A stretch of DNA of 64,000 nucleotides from Callorhinchus milii (taxonomy: Eukaryota): contig NW_024704742.1 in the NCBI RefSeq assembly GCF_018977255.1, forward strand, positions 35,404,001 to 35,468,000, in the 5' to 3' direction. Position 1 is the first letter of the stretch. Each line of letters begins with the position of its first letter. Under the pieces are notes generated by a model, which was not told the DNA's origin, searched no databases, and saw only the letters and a list, made by a program, of their open reading frames with translations. Of this stretch, positions 26,922 to 40,602 are shown piece by piece. Both the position numbers and the translations under genes were made by a program.

Positions 26922-27929
26922 TATAAATAATCAGACCCCAGGCTGGTCTATTAGTGCAAACACAACTATGTCAGATGAATATGCATATAGTGCACTATAT
27001 ACGTTATGTTGCTGTTTTGGTTGGGTACAAGCAACTCAGCTTTAGAAGGTTACATGGAAGAGGTGGTGCAGATTTAGCAGTGAATAGTGTTGGATCATGT
27101 GCATCATAAATGAGTTGTTTGAAAATGTATATTAGAATAGCAGGACATCTGCAATGTTATAGACATTGGAATAAAGACAGCTGGTGCAGACAAAGTGTTT
27201 CTGAGCTACTTTTGGCACAGACTGTTTGGAATGCTACCAGAGACCCAGGCGAAGCTGTTGGATCTCCAATAAAAAGGATTCCAGCTATTTGAGCCATGGG
27301 CAAACAAAACACCGTCACACTTCAAGGAAATCTACAACAATTCCACCCTCCTGTCCTTCCTGAATTCTGAAAACGCTACTCTCAGGAGAAGCAAGAGAGA
27401 CACAGAAAATTACTTTCATTTCCTCATTAGAATGCCAGTAGTGTAAATACTAAAAAGGGCATAGAAACAGATCTCACTGGATAGGGGGCAGTTAGTCCTT
27501 TCCCCTCCCTTCTCTAATTTCAGATGGCATCAATATAATTGCAGATAATCCAGTTTACCCCTGTCAATGTTTACTGCCAAAACTTTGCTACCTCTTAATG
27601 TAACCTTTTAAAGCTGAGATGTTTGTGCCTGGGAACATTACACTTAGTTGTCACACAGGGCTAAGATTCTTGGCCCATTCATCCAACATTGTCTCCAAGG
27701 TATTTATGGAGACCATGGGGAAAGGTTTGGCTATTCATTTACAGCCAGTATTTTATTGGAATCATGACATCTTTGTTGCAGAATTTCTTAAAGGAATTTC
27801 GTAATAAGGGATTAAGGAATCCCTTTAAGAATTTCTTTAAGAATTCTCTTCAGAACTCCAGTTGACCTTTGAGAATTTAGCTAAGTGAAGTAAATTGTGT
27901 CTGTGTGAATGTTCTTGCAGAACTGTGTG

Positions 27930-28413
27930 ATGTTCAAGATCCTCATCCTCACCTACAAGGCCATTCACGGCCTTGCTCCCTCCTACCTCTCCGACCTACT
28001 ATCCCCCTACCTACCTGCCCGTACCCTCCGTTCCTCTGGCTCCGGTCTGCTCCACATCCCCCGCCCCAACCACCCTACCATCGGTGGCCGCGCCTTCAGT
28101 CTCTCAGCCCCTAGGCTCTGGAACTCCATCCCCCAGTGCCTTCGCCTTGCCTCCTCCCTTTCCTCCTTCAAGGCCGGTCTCAAGACCTTTCTCTTTGACC
28201 GAGCCTTCAGCTCCCCTCTCGACTCTCTACCCCCTCCTCGCTCCCTCCCTTTCCTCCCCTCACCCTGACCATTTCCCCCCTCCTCTCTCCCTCCCTTCCC
28301 TCCCCTCACCCTGACCATTTCCCCCCTGCTTGGGTCCTGACCCAACTGTCCAGCGCCTTGGGACGTCCTCCCGACGTGAAAGGCGCTCAATAAATGGAAT
28401 CTTGTTGTTGTTG
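27930..28413 (+). mobile_element. L2 LINE 3' end, well preserved
   Basis: FKILILTYKAIHGLAPSYLSDLL..GGRAFSLSAPRLWNSIP..FKAGLKTFLF; (TTG)n tail; short tandem duplication in its 3' UTR. Confidence 0.93.
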
Positions 28414-28679
28414 ATGTACATCCAGGTACCAAAAGGAGTCTGTATTTGGAAAATTCCGATTCCTTGTTAAGAAATGCCATCAAGAAATACCACATATATG
28501 TGTGATGGATAGAATATGATTCATCGCAAGAAAATAATACAATAGTTTACCTTTGCCGCGTAAATTGGATTCTATGTTCGCCCACAAAATACACACAGTT
28601 ACATCACTTTACAGTATATTCTGTGAAGTGCTTTGAGATGTAATGACGTGATAAGGCGCTGAATCAAATGCAAGGATTA

Positions 28680-28980
28680 CATATATATTGCACCTTTCAC
28701 ATCAGGAGGACGTTTCAAAAAGCTGCCAGAGTTGGATGGGCACCCAAGCTGGGGATGGAAGTGAAGGATTTGGGGAGGGGAAAAGATGAGCAAAAGTGCA
28801 GTCAAAGAGGTACGTTTTGAGATGTGTCTTGAACGAAGGAAGGGAGGGACGAACGAAGCAAGTCGGAGGGACTTTGGGATGGATTTCGGGTTGGAGTTCC
28901 AGAGAGCGGGGACAGAGTGGCTGAACCCATACTCTAATGGTGGGACTGATAGGGAGGAGGACATGAAACAAGGCAGGGTG
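28680..28980 (-). mobile_element. L2 LINE 3' fragment
   Basis: FSHSVPALWNS..LPSFKTHLKTYLFD motifs. Confidence 0.8.
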
Positions 28981-29310
28981 GAAACAAGCTCTTACCAAAT
29001 CATGTCTATGAGCAGCTTTTTGTTGATTAATTTAAACATATTTACTTTTAAACTCTGATTACACTAAATATGAAATACCAGCCTAGATTCTGAATGTAAT
29101 CAATAATTTAATTGGAATTTAAGATAGCAAATTAAATCTGAAGGATAGCACATTAGATCAGAAATACCATATATCAATAAATAAGAGAAATACAGAAAGA
29201 GTTAGAGACAGAAGTTGGAGAATTTCAGAAGGATGTTTCAGTATCTTGTTCAGAACTGTGAAAGGGGTGCAAAAGAACATTCCAGTATGGAAACGTTATC
29301 AGACTTTATA

Positions 29311-30510
29311 ACAACAAGAACAACTTGCACTTATATAGCGCCTTTTATGCAGGGTAGCATCTCAGAGCACTTAACAGTGACTGAGCATGATTCCAAGCTA
29401 AGGGAAGGGGAGAGGTGGCTGTAAGCACGGGCGAAGAGGAAAGTTTTCAGGTGGGACTTGAAAGAGGGGAGAGAGAGGGCAAGGCGGAAGGATTGAGGAA
29501 GAGTATTCCAGAGTTTTGGGGTGTAGTGGCTGAAAGCGTGACCTCTGATGGTGGGGCGGAGGGTGCGAGGAATGAGCAGGAGGCGGGTGCCAGTCGAGCA
29601 GAGGTGCTGGGTGGTGGATTGGGGAGATAGGAGGTCGAAGAGGTAGAGAGATGCCAGGGAGTGAATGGATTTGAACACGAGTGTGAGGATCTTGAAGTCG
29701 CTCTGTTCGATAATGGGGAGCCAGTGGAGCCTGGCCAGAATTGATGAGATGTGGGTATGGAGTTTGGTCCGGGTCAGTATGTGGGAGACAGAGTTTTGAA
29801 TGAGCTGGATCTTGTGAATAGCTGAGCTGGGGAGATCGGCGAGGAGCGCATTGGAGTAATCCACCTGGAAGAGACAAACGCATGCACGAGGGTTTCGACT
29901 GCATTTGGAATAAGATACTGTCAGAGGTGGGCAATGTGGTGTAAGTGGAAGAAGGTGGTCCTGGTCAGGGACCGGATGTGGGGGAGGAAGAACAGCTGAG
30001 AGTGAAGCCATTGATGGGAGCCAAGGAGTATGGCTTCCGTCTTATCCATATTCAACGGCAGGAAGTTTACACTCATCCAGACCTTGATGTCTACCAGACA
30101 AGCTGGTAGCACATTGGCGGATCTGGAGTTGGTACTGGTGGAGGTAAAGTAGATTTTTCTGTGTCATCCGCATACATGTGGAAGTTTACCCCGTGTTTGC
30201 GGATGACATTGCCCAGAGGGAGCATATAGATAAGGAAATGAAGAGGGCCAAGGATGGAGCCCTGGAGTACTCAGTAGGTGACCAGGCAGTGGCGGGAGGA
30301 GAAACCATTTGCTGAGGTGAAAGAGAGGCGGTTGGTTAAGTAAGACTCGAACCATGCGAGTGCGGTCCTTCTAAGATAGATGAGAGAGGAGAGTCGATGG
30401 AGGAGGATGGTGCGGTTGACTGTGTTGAACGCGGCAGAGAGATCCAGGAGGATGAGGAGGCAGGGGGAGCCCTGGTCACAGATATTGAAAATGTCATTTG
30501 TGACCAGCTT
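29311..30510 (-). mobile_element. L2 LINE fragment with reverse transcriptase, frameshifted
   Basis: LLILLDLSAAFNTVN..LAWFESYLTNR; cacatgtatgcggatgacac (HMYADDT); LARLHWLP..FKSHLKTFLF; tail at 29311. Confidence 0.95.
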
Positions 30511-30789
30511 TGGGCCCATCCATTGCAACTAAGTGAAGGAGGGTTTTACAGGCTGCCAAATATTGAGTGAGACATTAATAGGTGTGGAATTTTCAACAAT
30601 ATGATTAGCACCACTGATAATTATCAAATCACATTTTCCAATATGTGTATTATGTACTCTTACAAGATTAATTTGTTGTTTCCCCTTGTGTATTTACATA
30701 ATGCAATTCAATAAAATATATATAATAATATATTACAATATAATTTATTGTAATAATAATTTATAGAGTACCTTTCATATCACTAGTGA

Positions 30790-30962
30790 ATGCTGGATCC
30801 AATCAAATTTTCAAGGCTGAGGTGGACAGATTTTTGTAAGGTTAGGGTATCAAGAGATATGAGAGGTGCATATTTGGAGTTAAGGTGCAGATCAGCCATG
30901 ATCTAACAGAATGGCGGAACAGGTTGGAGTGCTGAATGGGCTAATCCTGTTCCTATGTTCCT
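30790..30962 (+). mobile_element. CR1-type LINE 3' end nested in an L2-type tail
   Basis: aaggctgaggtggacagattttt..cagatcagccatgatct..gaatggcggaacagg..ctgaatgg..cctgttcctatgttcct. Confidence 0.8.
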
Positions 30963-31206
30963 AGGACATCTGAAAGCACTTTACAATGTAGTCTGAGGTG
31001 GTGGTTGGAGCCGAGGGGAACAGGAGGGAAAGGTGACCGAAGGCTATTTTATTGAATATGTAATCACTATAGTTTAATTGTGTTAGTGATAGCTACTTTA
31101 TATCAAATACACTTTTAGTACTTTTACCATCTAGGTGATCAGTGGATAATTACATGAAAATTCATAACAATTATAATTCACAGTTCAAGAGCAAATGATT
31201 TTGCTG

Positions 31207-31325
31207 CCACATTTTTACTGGAGACTTGACAGAGTTGCCATTTATGGTTGAACTGTCCAGTGATTTACTGGGCTGGAGCACTTCTCTGTTTAAAAATTGT
31301 AACTGCTTCTTCATAATCTAGTCAA
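31207..31325 (+). pseudogene. GFPT (pseudogene): GFPT exon remnant ([40 protein letters not shown] exon)
   Basis: Reads LLE/LTELPFMVELSSDLLGWSTSLFKNCNCFFII*S with a frameshift and TAG at 31319-31321; donor gtaac, acceptor decayed (ttgctg). Confidence 0.92.
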
Positions 31326-32763
31326 GTAACATTTTCATGTGGAGCTGAGTACATTAAGAGCTAAACAAACGACATCTGAATATTTCAATATTCAAATTGA
31401 AATGTTTATGTAAATGAGCTCAGAAAATAACCAACATGTTATAAATAATAATCATGATATTCTTTGCATTTGGTGTGAATAAAAATATGCACAGCAGGTT
31501 GAGAAATACTAGAATATTTTTACTACTCCAATTTCATGTTAATTTATTAGATTTAACGTTTTAAAATCTACAAAATTGCCATGAGGTAAGCCTGTGGTGT
31601 GGTTGCAGTAAACCAGCAGTTGGCAATCTTAGAATTTAAATTACATATGGGCGCTTGTGCTGAATAGATATTCAATCAATAGAGTTTATTTGAGAATATA
31701 TTAATGGTGTTTACTTATAATGACCATTCCTTTGCAAACAAAGTTTTGAATGTAGATGGTATTTAGAATTACTACATGTAAGCTGCCCTATTTGAGGGTA
31801 GTGGGTTATTCCAGTCTGCAAATGTCTCAATAGAATAATAATAATCCTTATAATAATCCCTTTGATTCATTATTGAAACACCTGAAATCGCTTCACAGCA
31901 TTTTTGCTACAAAGGGTAGTGACTGTATATTTGTAGGTAAATACAGTAGCCAATTTTTGCTTAGCAAATTTCTCGCAAACAAGCAATACAAGAATATTAT
32001 AGACTCTTCCTGATCAGGGCTTCACCTTCCATTCCCAGATGGTATAGTTTAAGATAAAACATTCCTAACAGCTGGATCTCAGTGTTCTCTTGAATGATGT
32101 TTAAAGTGGTAGCATTGCATTGCCCATAAAATATGCAGTCAATTCACTTTACAATATATTCTGTGAAGCGCTTTGAGACATCTCGAAGACGTGATAAGGT
32201 GCTATATCAAATGCAAGGATTATTATTATTATTGTGTAAAATCAGAATTGGTTACATTTATTGTTTGTACCAAGTGTGTGTGTCTTTTTATGAAAAGAAA
32301 GGTTTATGAATTGAAGTCTCAAATATCTGGCAGCTAACTGTTCCTAATTTCCCTTTTAAACAAAATTACTCTGATATGTTGGCTTCCATTAAGGTAAGGC
32401 CTATCTGTTAACCAATGCATACAATTTGAAAAATGACAAACCCAATCCAGTCTAAAAAAGCACTCGCTGACATTGCTAAAGAAGTAATTAAATATTCAAT
32501 CTTTTTACAGCCATCACGGAAAACAGGCTAATATCTTATTTCTATAGCCTTTGAACTTCTGAGGCCAAGTAAGGGAGCGCATGTGGTAAATTGATGTGCA
32601 AATGTCTGATTGCAGATGATAGACTTAAATTGCTCTGCCTTGGATCATTCTTCCTGTCTACGATAATGTTTAAAAATAGTGAAGTGCTTGAGCAGGTTAT
32701 TTTGAAATAGCTGCTGACTGGTCATTTAGCCTATAGTCCAATGCTTTGACAATGTTTCTGCAG

Positions 32764-32870
32764 GTGCGGCTCCAAACCATTAGTTTCACATGCACAGTGA
32801 GCAACCCAGTCCTTTGGGAGACAAACAGGCCACATTAATGATGGGCCTGAAGCAGAGTGCCCGCACCTCT
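32764..32870 (+). pseudogene. GFPT (pseudogene): GFPT exon remnant (GETAD...[28 protein letters not shown] exon), internally deleted
   Basis: Acceptor tttctgcag|GT, then TVSNPVLWETNR/HINDGPEA; the 5' part of the exon is shortened. Confidence 0.78.
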
Positions 32871-32952
32871 GATATGTATGATGTGTAATTGAACAATGAA
32901 ACTTTAATTAGTTGTGTGTGTAAACCTCCCACAAATCCCTTCCACCACCCCA

Positions 32953-32969
32953 ACACACACACACACACA
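32953..32969. repeat. (CA)n microsatellite
   Basis: acacacacacacacaca seen directly. Confidence 0.8.
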
Positions 32970-33293
32970 TTTCTTGCCTCAGTTGGGACTTTTCTTGTAT
33001 CAATCTGAAAAATAAAATGTGATATTATTTGAATGCGGAAAACGTGTGATTTATTATCATCTATGTCACTTGATGGTTACGTCCCACAGATCCAGCGTTC
33101 TTTTATGAATCCAGGAAGGGAGTGGAGGTGGGGAGGGGGATGTATTTATAGTCTGTGACGTGATAATCATTGGCATTGATAATGTTAACGACCACAGATT
33201 ATAATTTTCGCCCTACATGTATTCAATAAGAGTTTTCTTAAGAAAATTCTGTTTACAATATTATGCAGAAACATTAGGAACACATTTCAAAGT

Positions 33294-33602
33294 GGAGTGC
33301 TCCAGCTCAGTGGTTTGAGCACTCGCCTCGCAATCAAGAGACCTGGGTTCAATTCCCGGCAGGGCAAAATCTTGGGCAAGTTTCCTTACTCCACGCTCCT
33401 GATAATAATCCGTCACGAAAAAACAAAGCAATAATAAATTGGTCACTTAAATCCATGACTGTTTGTGGGACACTGCTCTATGCAATTGGCTGCCGTGTGT
33501 GCCCACAAATATACAGCCAATTCAATTTATAGTATATTCTGTGAAGCGCTTTGAGACGTCTCGAAGACATGCAAAATGCTATATCAAATGCAAGGATTAT
33601 TG
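33294..33602 (+). mobile_element. tRNA-Ala-derived SINE, full length
   Basis: ggagtgctccagctcagtgg..gggttcaattcccgg..atcaaatgcaaggattatt. Confidence 0.92.
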
Positions 33603-34019
33603 TTCAAATTATTTATAAAATAATTAACAACAACAAATTACACTAGTATAGCGCCCTTCACATCAGAAAGTCATCCCAGGGTGTTGGACAGTCAGAAGTT
33701 TTTGGACCCAAGCTGGGAGTTGCGATCAGGAGAGGTGGAGTGCACTGGGGGCGGGGGTGGGAGGGATAAATTAAAATTTATTCCCATGGTTTTATAATGA
33801 AATCTAAATGCTTCCAGTTTCTGTTCTCAAACTATTCCAAGATTTGGTATTCTGAATTTATCTGAATTCTATCTCTTCCTGAAATGTTAATATTAAATTT
33901 GAGCTCCTGATCCTCTCAGCGAAGCAGTGAAGTAATAGAAGAAAGTAATACAAGAATAGGTTTTCCCTCCTCTGATTGTTATAGTACAATAGAATACAGC
34001 ATTTCAATACTTCAATCTT

Positions 34020-34325
34020 AATGTGCCACTGTTGGAGGTGCCATCTTCCGATGAGACATTAAGGCAAGATCCCACCTGCCTGGAGGACACTAAAGATCCC
34101 ATGGCACTACAAAAGAGAAGGAACTTTCTCCTTCTGTCTTAGCGAAATATTTCCTGGATGAAATTTATAATTTTTTTATGGCTGTTTGTAAGACATTGTT
34201 GTGAGCAAATTGACTGCCGTGTTTGTCTATCGTTTTGATAATACTTTACAATATTAATCCTGAAAAGTGTTTTGCAATGTTTCAACAACATAATAAGATG
34301 TTATATCAAATGAAAGGATTATTAC
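34020..34325 (+). mobile_element. Deu-domain SINE remnant
   Basis: cactgttggaggtgccatctt..atgagacatt..taaagatcccatggcacta. Confidence 0.6.
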
Positions 34326-34574
34326 TGGTAGTAGTAGTATTTCTATAAGTAGCAATCCTTTACCAAACTAAATGATAACTGGTTCTTATGGCCTTAATTT
34401 TATGACTATTCTCTTGCCATGTTAAAATTGTATAGAATTTTGGAATATTCTTATATTCAGTCTTCATTCCATGTATCCACAGTTCTTTATATGAACTAAG
34501 GAAATCTGGCTTCCAAACTGGAAGAGAATAAGGTGTTAGAAATTGGGAGGTACTAAGATGCTACAGTAAATACA

Positions 34575-34987
34575 AGATTATTATTATCGTTAAAGTGTCT
34601 CAAAAGTGTCTCAAACTGTTTCATAGAATTAAATGTAAAGGGCAGTTACTGTATATTTTGTAGGCACAATTGGTAACCAATTTGCAGGTAGTAATGTCCC
34701 ACAAACAGCCAGGAGATGAATGACCAATTTTTGAAACTGGGCAAAGACATTTCTCTTCCCTTTTCTTTTCCAATTGTCTCATTGGTATCTTTAACATTCA
34801 CCTGCCAGACAGAACATTCATTTAATATTATGTGTTGAAGGACTGCAGCTCTGACAATGCAACACTCCCCCACCACACACCCCCAGTACTGCATTGAAGT
34901 GTCAGCCTAGACCATGAGCTCAAAGCCTTGATATGGTGATTGAACTCATTAGCTTCTGACTCAGAAGTAGGAGTACTACTAACTGAG
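34575..34987 (-). mobile_element. Deu-domain SINE, near full length
   Basis: cagtactgcattgaagtgtcagcctag..ttgaactc..cttctgactcaga..ctgag. Confidence 0.7.
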
Positions 34988-37900
34988 AATTTGAACAAAT
35001 TAAGCATATTAATTGCAAACTTTGAATGTCTTAGAAACTTTTCTTTATCTCGTGGAATAATAGATCTCACAAAGCAAACGTTACCCCCTTAAAATTTTAA
35101 TTAAGTCACTGCAATATGTTCATTTCTTGCAATCACATTATTAATCTTCCCCCAACTGTCCACCACAGCTACTGATGTCACTATCAGAAATATCACTGCT
35201 ACTAAAGCTCAATCAGAAATCAAGGAGTTCATTTTTTAAAAAAATTGAAAAATTTAATTGTCGGTGAGGTAATAAAATAACATCAAAGGTGCAAAATGTG
35301 AGGTGTGTTGCAAAAATGATTGCCTGTGATAAATATCACATCACACAAGGCAATTTTCATCCTCACATTGTTGATCAATGCAATCGCGTCAATCATTAAT
35401 TGGTGGAGGTGTGACCTTCCCCTCAACATTGTTCTAATGGTTCAGCTCCAAGCTGGCCTACAATGATATTGACTTAACTCAACAAAGAAACATTAATAAT
35501 TATCGACTGACCCTGACCTGAAAATTTTCACCACAAGATTTTGAAATGTACTGAACACTGATCATTACAGGAGTAATCCCATACTGCATGAATTCCTGCC
35601 ACTGAGTGTTTCTTTAATAAGTTGTGATCTTTTAATTCACATTTGAGTCACAATTAGCTTTGTTCCAAAACAATTACTTTGCTGACTAATAGCAAATAAG
35701 AAATATCTGATTGATTCAGACCACCCAAAAATCAAACGGTGAGAACGCTAATCCGACATTTCTCTTTTTTGTCCCCAAAATATATTTCAAGGGAAAACAT
35801 TTCTATATCGCTGAACAAATGGATGCTCAAATTGCTCCTGCCCACACTCACCCCTGAAGTGACACAGGAACAGATGAACAGACCCATTGTATAGCCATGG
35901 AAGTTAGATAAACTTGCCAAATAGGAAACAAAATTATGTTCATGTTCATTCCTTTCCAGATGCAGAGTTGAAAATAGAAGTCGCGCAACAGGAAGCCGTG
36001 GAACCTTTGGACACAATGGAGTACAAATTCCATTCAGGATTACGCTCAGTGCTTTTGGTGATTCGTGACTACAATGGGTAAATCTTACCAGATATCATGA
36101 AAGATGAGGCACTTAATGCCGAATGGAATTTCTGCCCAAATGTATATTAATGTTGGATAAATTGTGCCATTTTCTTAAAGGCAGGTGCGTGGCTCAGTAG
36201 ATACAGATCTGGCCTAAATTCTTCTCCGTCTATTTTCCCACTGAAATTCAGAATTGTTGGAATTGTATTGAACGCTAATCTTTGCTCACTGCTGTTTCTA
36301 CTTTTTGTTGCTGGTATTCATGAGTGTAAAATGATGATCTTATGACAGAGCTTCAGTGTCACTCAATAAATGATACTACTGCTATAGTTGGGATGCAGAT
36401 ATCTTTATCTTAAATCAGCCCATTTATTCTGACAAAATATTAGTGTCAAAATTGTGGCATTGCTGAACACATTTCATTCCTTAAATAAAAAAATGTATAT
36501 TGAAATGCACACTGACTGCTGAATGGCCAAACTTGGTTGCAATACCCTGGGTGCTGCTTTCTTGGACTCCAATTTAGCAGGGACTATTTTCATATGACAC
36601 AAATGCTATTTCCTGGCTTGTTCCACCCATGGATTCTGGCTTTACTCAGATTTACACAATTCATTCTTGAAATAAATCATTGTCCTAAATGTTTAATCTT
36701 GACCAGGATATTAACTGCAAACTTTGCAACTTGTATTTTTTTTACAAAATTCTGGAACATTTTCTAGATTAGTGTGGATTAAACTGGCTGCTTGATCACT
36801 GTCACCATTTGGTGTATACATTTATTATTCTGGCAAAGGCACAAATAGCAGCTTTTCAATACATTTCACAGATTTGCATTAGAAAGGAGTGAAATATGTT
36901 ATCTGAACCTTGTGTAATTCTGTTTGTACAGAGATACCACTGGCAGTCAGAAACATTTTTTGTAATCCCGTTCTTTTTAACTAGAAGTACTTGATCTAAG
37001 TTTACGGGAGCATCAATGAGATTAAGGCTGCCCTTCAAGCGGCAAACCTTTGTGCATTAATAGACCATTACTGCTTCCACAATGGCACTGGATGCACGGC
37101 AGCTGTTGATTCAATGTTTCATGCTTTCAGACACATCTGCTCCAAATGAGTGTTAATATTGCGACTGTATACACTCAGGAATGGCTCTGTCAGATTTGCT
37201 GAGTGTCATTCCATTCCCAATGACACCATAAGAGCAGTTCATTGCAATAGTGCAATCAGTCTTTCCTCCCACTGTTGTCCCCCCTCACCCCACCCCAATA
37301 TAACAATTCTCAAGGAGAAAAAATGCATTTATTTCCTTCACCCTGTCCAGGAATGTCAGATAACAGTTTATTCATACTTGGCCCTAGATGACTTTGAAGC
37401 GTATCAACAGTGACAAAAGTATATTGAATAATTATCTTGAAATTAATACATTATACCAAACTTAAATAAATGTCATCTGATCAATATATCTTCAAATGGA
37501 AAGGAAAGAGATGTGAAGGGCATTGCTTCATTATTCATTAATTTTAGAGTAATATAGGCAGATGAAATGGTTATTTCAGCCTCGTGCTATTACACTCAGC
37601 AGCATTTTAAATAATGTCTAGTTTTTACAATATATTTCTCTTCTCATAAGGACAGGCTAAGTTGATTAATTCTCTCAGTTTTCCAGCAAAATCTGAAGAA
37701 ACAAGTTTGGGAAGAACAATTTAAAATAATTAAAATTATGCAGTTTCAATGCATTTCACGTCTTCATTAGAAAATGTGTGCCTGCATAAATGTTCATTTA
37801 AAAAAACTAAATGTAAATGCTGTGGAATTGTATTTGCATGTAATATATTCCTAATCATTGTTTCTTAAACTTTTAAGTTTAGATTATTACATAAGACAGT

Positions 37901-39764
37901 CTAGGTTCAATGTCTCAGGACCTATGTTATATAACAAAGAAAAATGGCTAACATCTGGGTTGTCAGATCGCCGGTGACATCACTTTCTGCATGTTGTATA
38001 AGTGCGTGCAGACTTTGTGCTGACGTCATTTCCTTCGCTAATCAAAGTGAGATTAGCGGCACTTCCTTTGCATGTTGTGCAAATGCAGTGTACAACAGTG
38101 TCCTGATGATTAAGAAATCAGGTATTTTTTTTATATAGTCAGAAGCTGTCCAATCCACACCAGAAGACAACAGTGTGGTCACCTTATAAGTGAACCCACT
38201 TTATAAGATGATGCAAAAGGAAGGCCTGTAAGTCGGTGAATCGTGTGCATTCTGCTGAACAATACAATCATTCACAGTGAATAAATTATTATGTTGCGCA
38301 ATATAAATAAGTTTTGAAAAGCCCATTAGCTAGTTTTATGGATTTTTATGTATATTGGCAATAAACACCTTTCAGGGAATTGGGCGTTTGGCAAAGGGTA
38401 TTCTGCATAAATTCAACAATTAGGAATAAGCTGCCTAGTAAAACATTTAATTTTTCACATTTACTTTAAAAGAGAAGGGAAGACAAAGAGTAGGTCCTGT
38501 AAGTATTAACAGTTGACCTTAGCGATATATCCAATTTTTTCCCAGCAATTAGAAAATAATCACATTCTAAGTAAAAAAAATGTAGATTTATTTGACACTC
38601 TAAAAATAGTAATTGTTTTCTGTTATTGTCATAATGCAAAATATTATGAATAGGCAATAAAAAGTTTGCTATTTCTAACCCATCTCTCTCATTGGACGCT
38701 GATTGCCCTATTGTGCATTTTCCAGCATTTTAGGCTTTTATTTCAGATTTCCTTGTTTTCTTATCAATAACAACAATTTACATTTAAATGAACAATTTAC
38801 CATCCCCTCTCCTCTCCCCCAGCCCAAACACCAAGGACTCTTGGTTTGTGGTGCCCTGACACTGCTACCCCTGAATAAACACCTTGCTCTAAGAACCACT
38901 GCTGACTCGATGGGCCAAATATTTTGTTTACTGTGATGATACTTTTTGTGATTCATAATAGTGGAGATTTGAAATAAGAAAGGAAACTCAAGATAAAAAA
39001 AAGTGCATCATTTGAACTGGCGCTACAGGTTTCTCAAAAGCACAACAGGAACATCTCACAGAAAGAATGGTATTTGAAAGATACAAAAACAAAAGTCCCT
39101 GCTTGTGACAACTTGCTGCAGATTTCATGGCCTTGACTGGCCAGTTCAGAGGTTGAGAGATATGGTTTGGTTATATTACCCTGGAGAGTTTCCCCACAGT
39201 GCATCCTGTTCCTACAGATGGTGTCAGTGTGCTCAATTTGTTTTTCTTGATGGATTACGAACTGTCCTTTTTAAATTATTAACTCAGTCTCTGTCAAGTA
39301 TTTGTTACGTTAGCAAAAAGCAGGCTGAATGCATTGACACCAAGGCTGAGAACTGGACATGAACTATGAAGATCACCTTGATTGATGTTATCAGAGCGTG
39401 TCAGGTTCATAGTTTCATTCGGCAAATTGAGTCATTACAGAAGTCCACGGAGGAGCCCTAAAGCGGGATTATTTTACATTGGAGTGTGTGCTTAGAGGGG
39501 GCGAGGGGGTCAGAATGGTATGAATATCGAACAATCACAGTGGTTAGTTACACAGATTTGCCATCTCTTTTCACACTATTAAGGTAAATTGCTCGTGTTT
39601 AGTTGTTCTAACTCTATGCTCATTTCTGTTCCTTGGGGTCAAATTTCTGTACACTACATGGAAAATGTGCATTTAGATTGGTCACATCATTTGTGGAGTG
39701 AATTAAAGTGAGGTGGGTATATTTACATGCCAAATTCCAGTGGGCTTTTTGATTGGGTTCTTTG

Positions 39765-39980
39765 GAAACAGCCGTGGATTGAGTGACCAAATTATTATTT
39801 TTTTTGAAGGGATTATTTCCCTCATAAAGCATCCGCCAATCAACTAAGAACCAGATTCCTACTTACTGCTAGGTGAACAGAAGCGTGTGGATAAGGAAAC
39901 TTGCCCAACGTTTTGCCCTGCATGGGAATCGAATCTGGCTCCTCTCGCTTGTGAGGCGAGTGCCCTGCTATATAAGCTAC
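39765..39980 (-). mobile_element. tRNA-derived SINE, variant body
   Basis: Same layout as 3451-3663 (tactgctaggtgaacagaagcgtgtgga..cttgcccaa). Confidence 0.78.
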
Positions 39981-40288
39981 TATATAAACTTCCATCACTA
40001 CTGTCTAGATACCTTTCATGGAAACTACATTTGTATAACACAATTTCAACCCTTTAACACTAGTCAAGGTGCTATAATGGATATCCTTTAATGCTATCTC
40101 TTTCAAATTGGTCTAAATGGTGTCTGCTACCAATAGTGTCAGGTCTCGTTTGGAGAAGGGGGACAACCTTATTATATCAGGTTGCAGCAGTGCAGTGAGT
40201 AATCCATTCACCACCTGAGCAATCACAAGATCAGGCCTTTCAGCCCATTTGATCTAATTGTTCTAGAATATTCCCATCACATCATAGT

Positions 40289-40602
40289 GGAGTCCTGTAG
40301 CTTAGTGGTTAGAGCACTTGCCTCGCAAGCAAGAGACCTGGGTTTGATTCCTGGCAGAGCGAAACCTTTGGCAAGTTTCCTTACTCCACACGCCTGATAA
40401 TAATCCCTCAAAAAAAATAATAATAATAAATTGGTCACTTCAATTCATGACTGTTTGTGGGACACTGCTGTGTGCAATTGGCTGCTGCGTTTCACCCACA
40501 AATAAACAGTCAATTCACTTTACAGTATATCATATGAAGCGCTTTGAGATGTCTAAAGAAGTGATAATGAATTATATCAAATGCAAAGATTATTATTATT
40601 AT
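40289..40602 (+). mobile_element. tRNA-Ala-derived SINE, full length
   Basis: ggagtcctgtagcttagtggttagagcac..(TTA)n. Confidence 0.93.
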
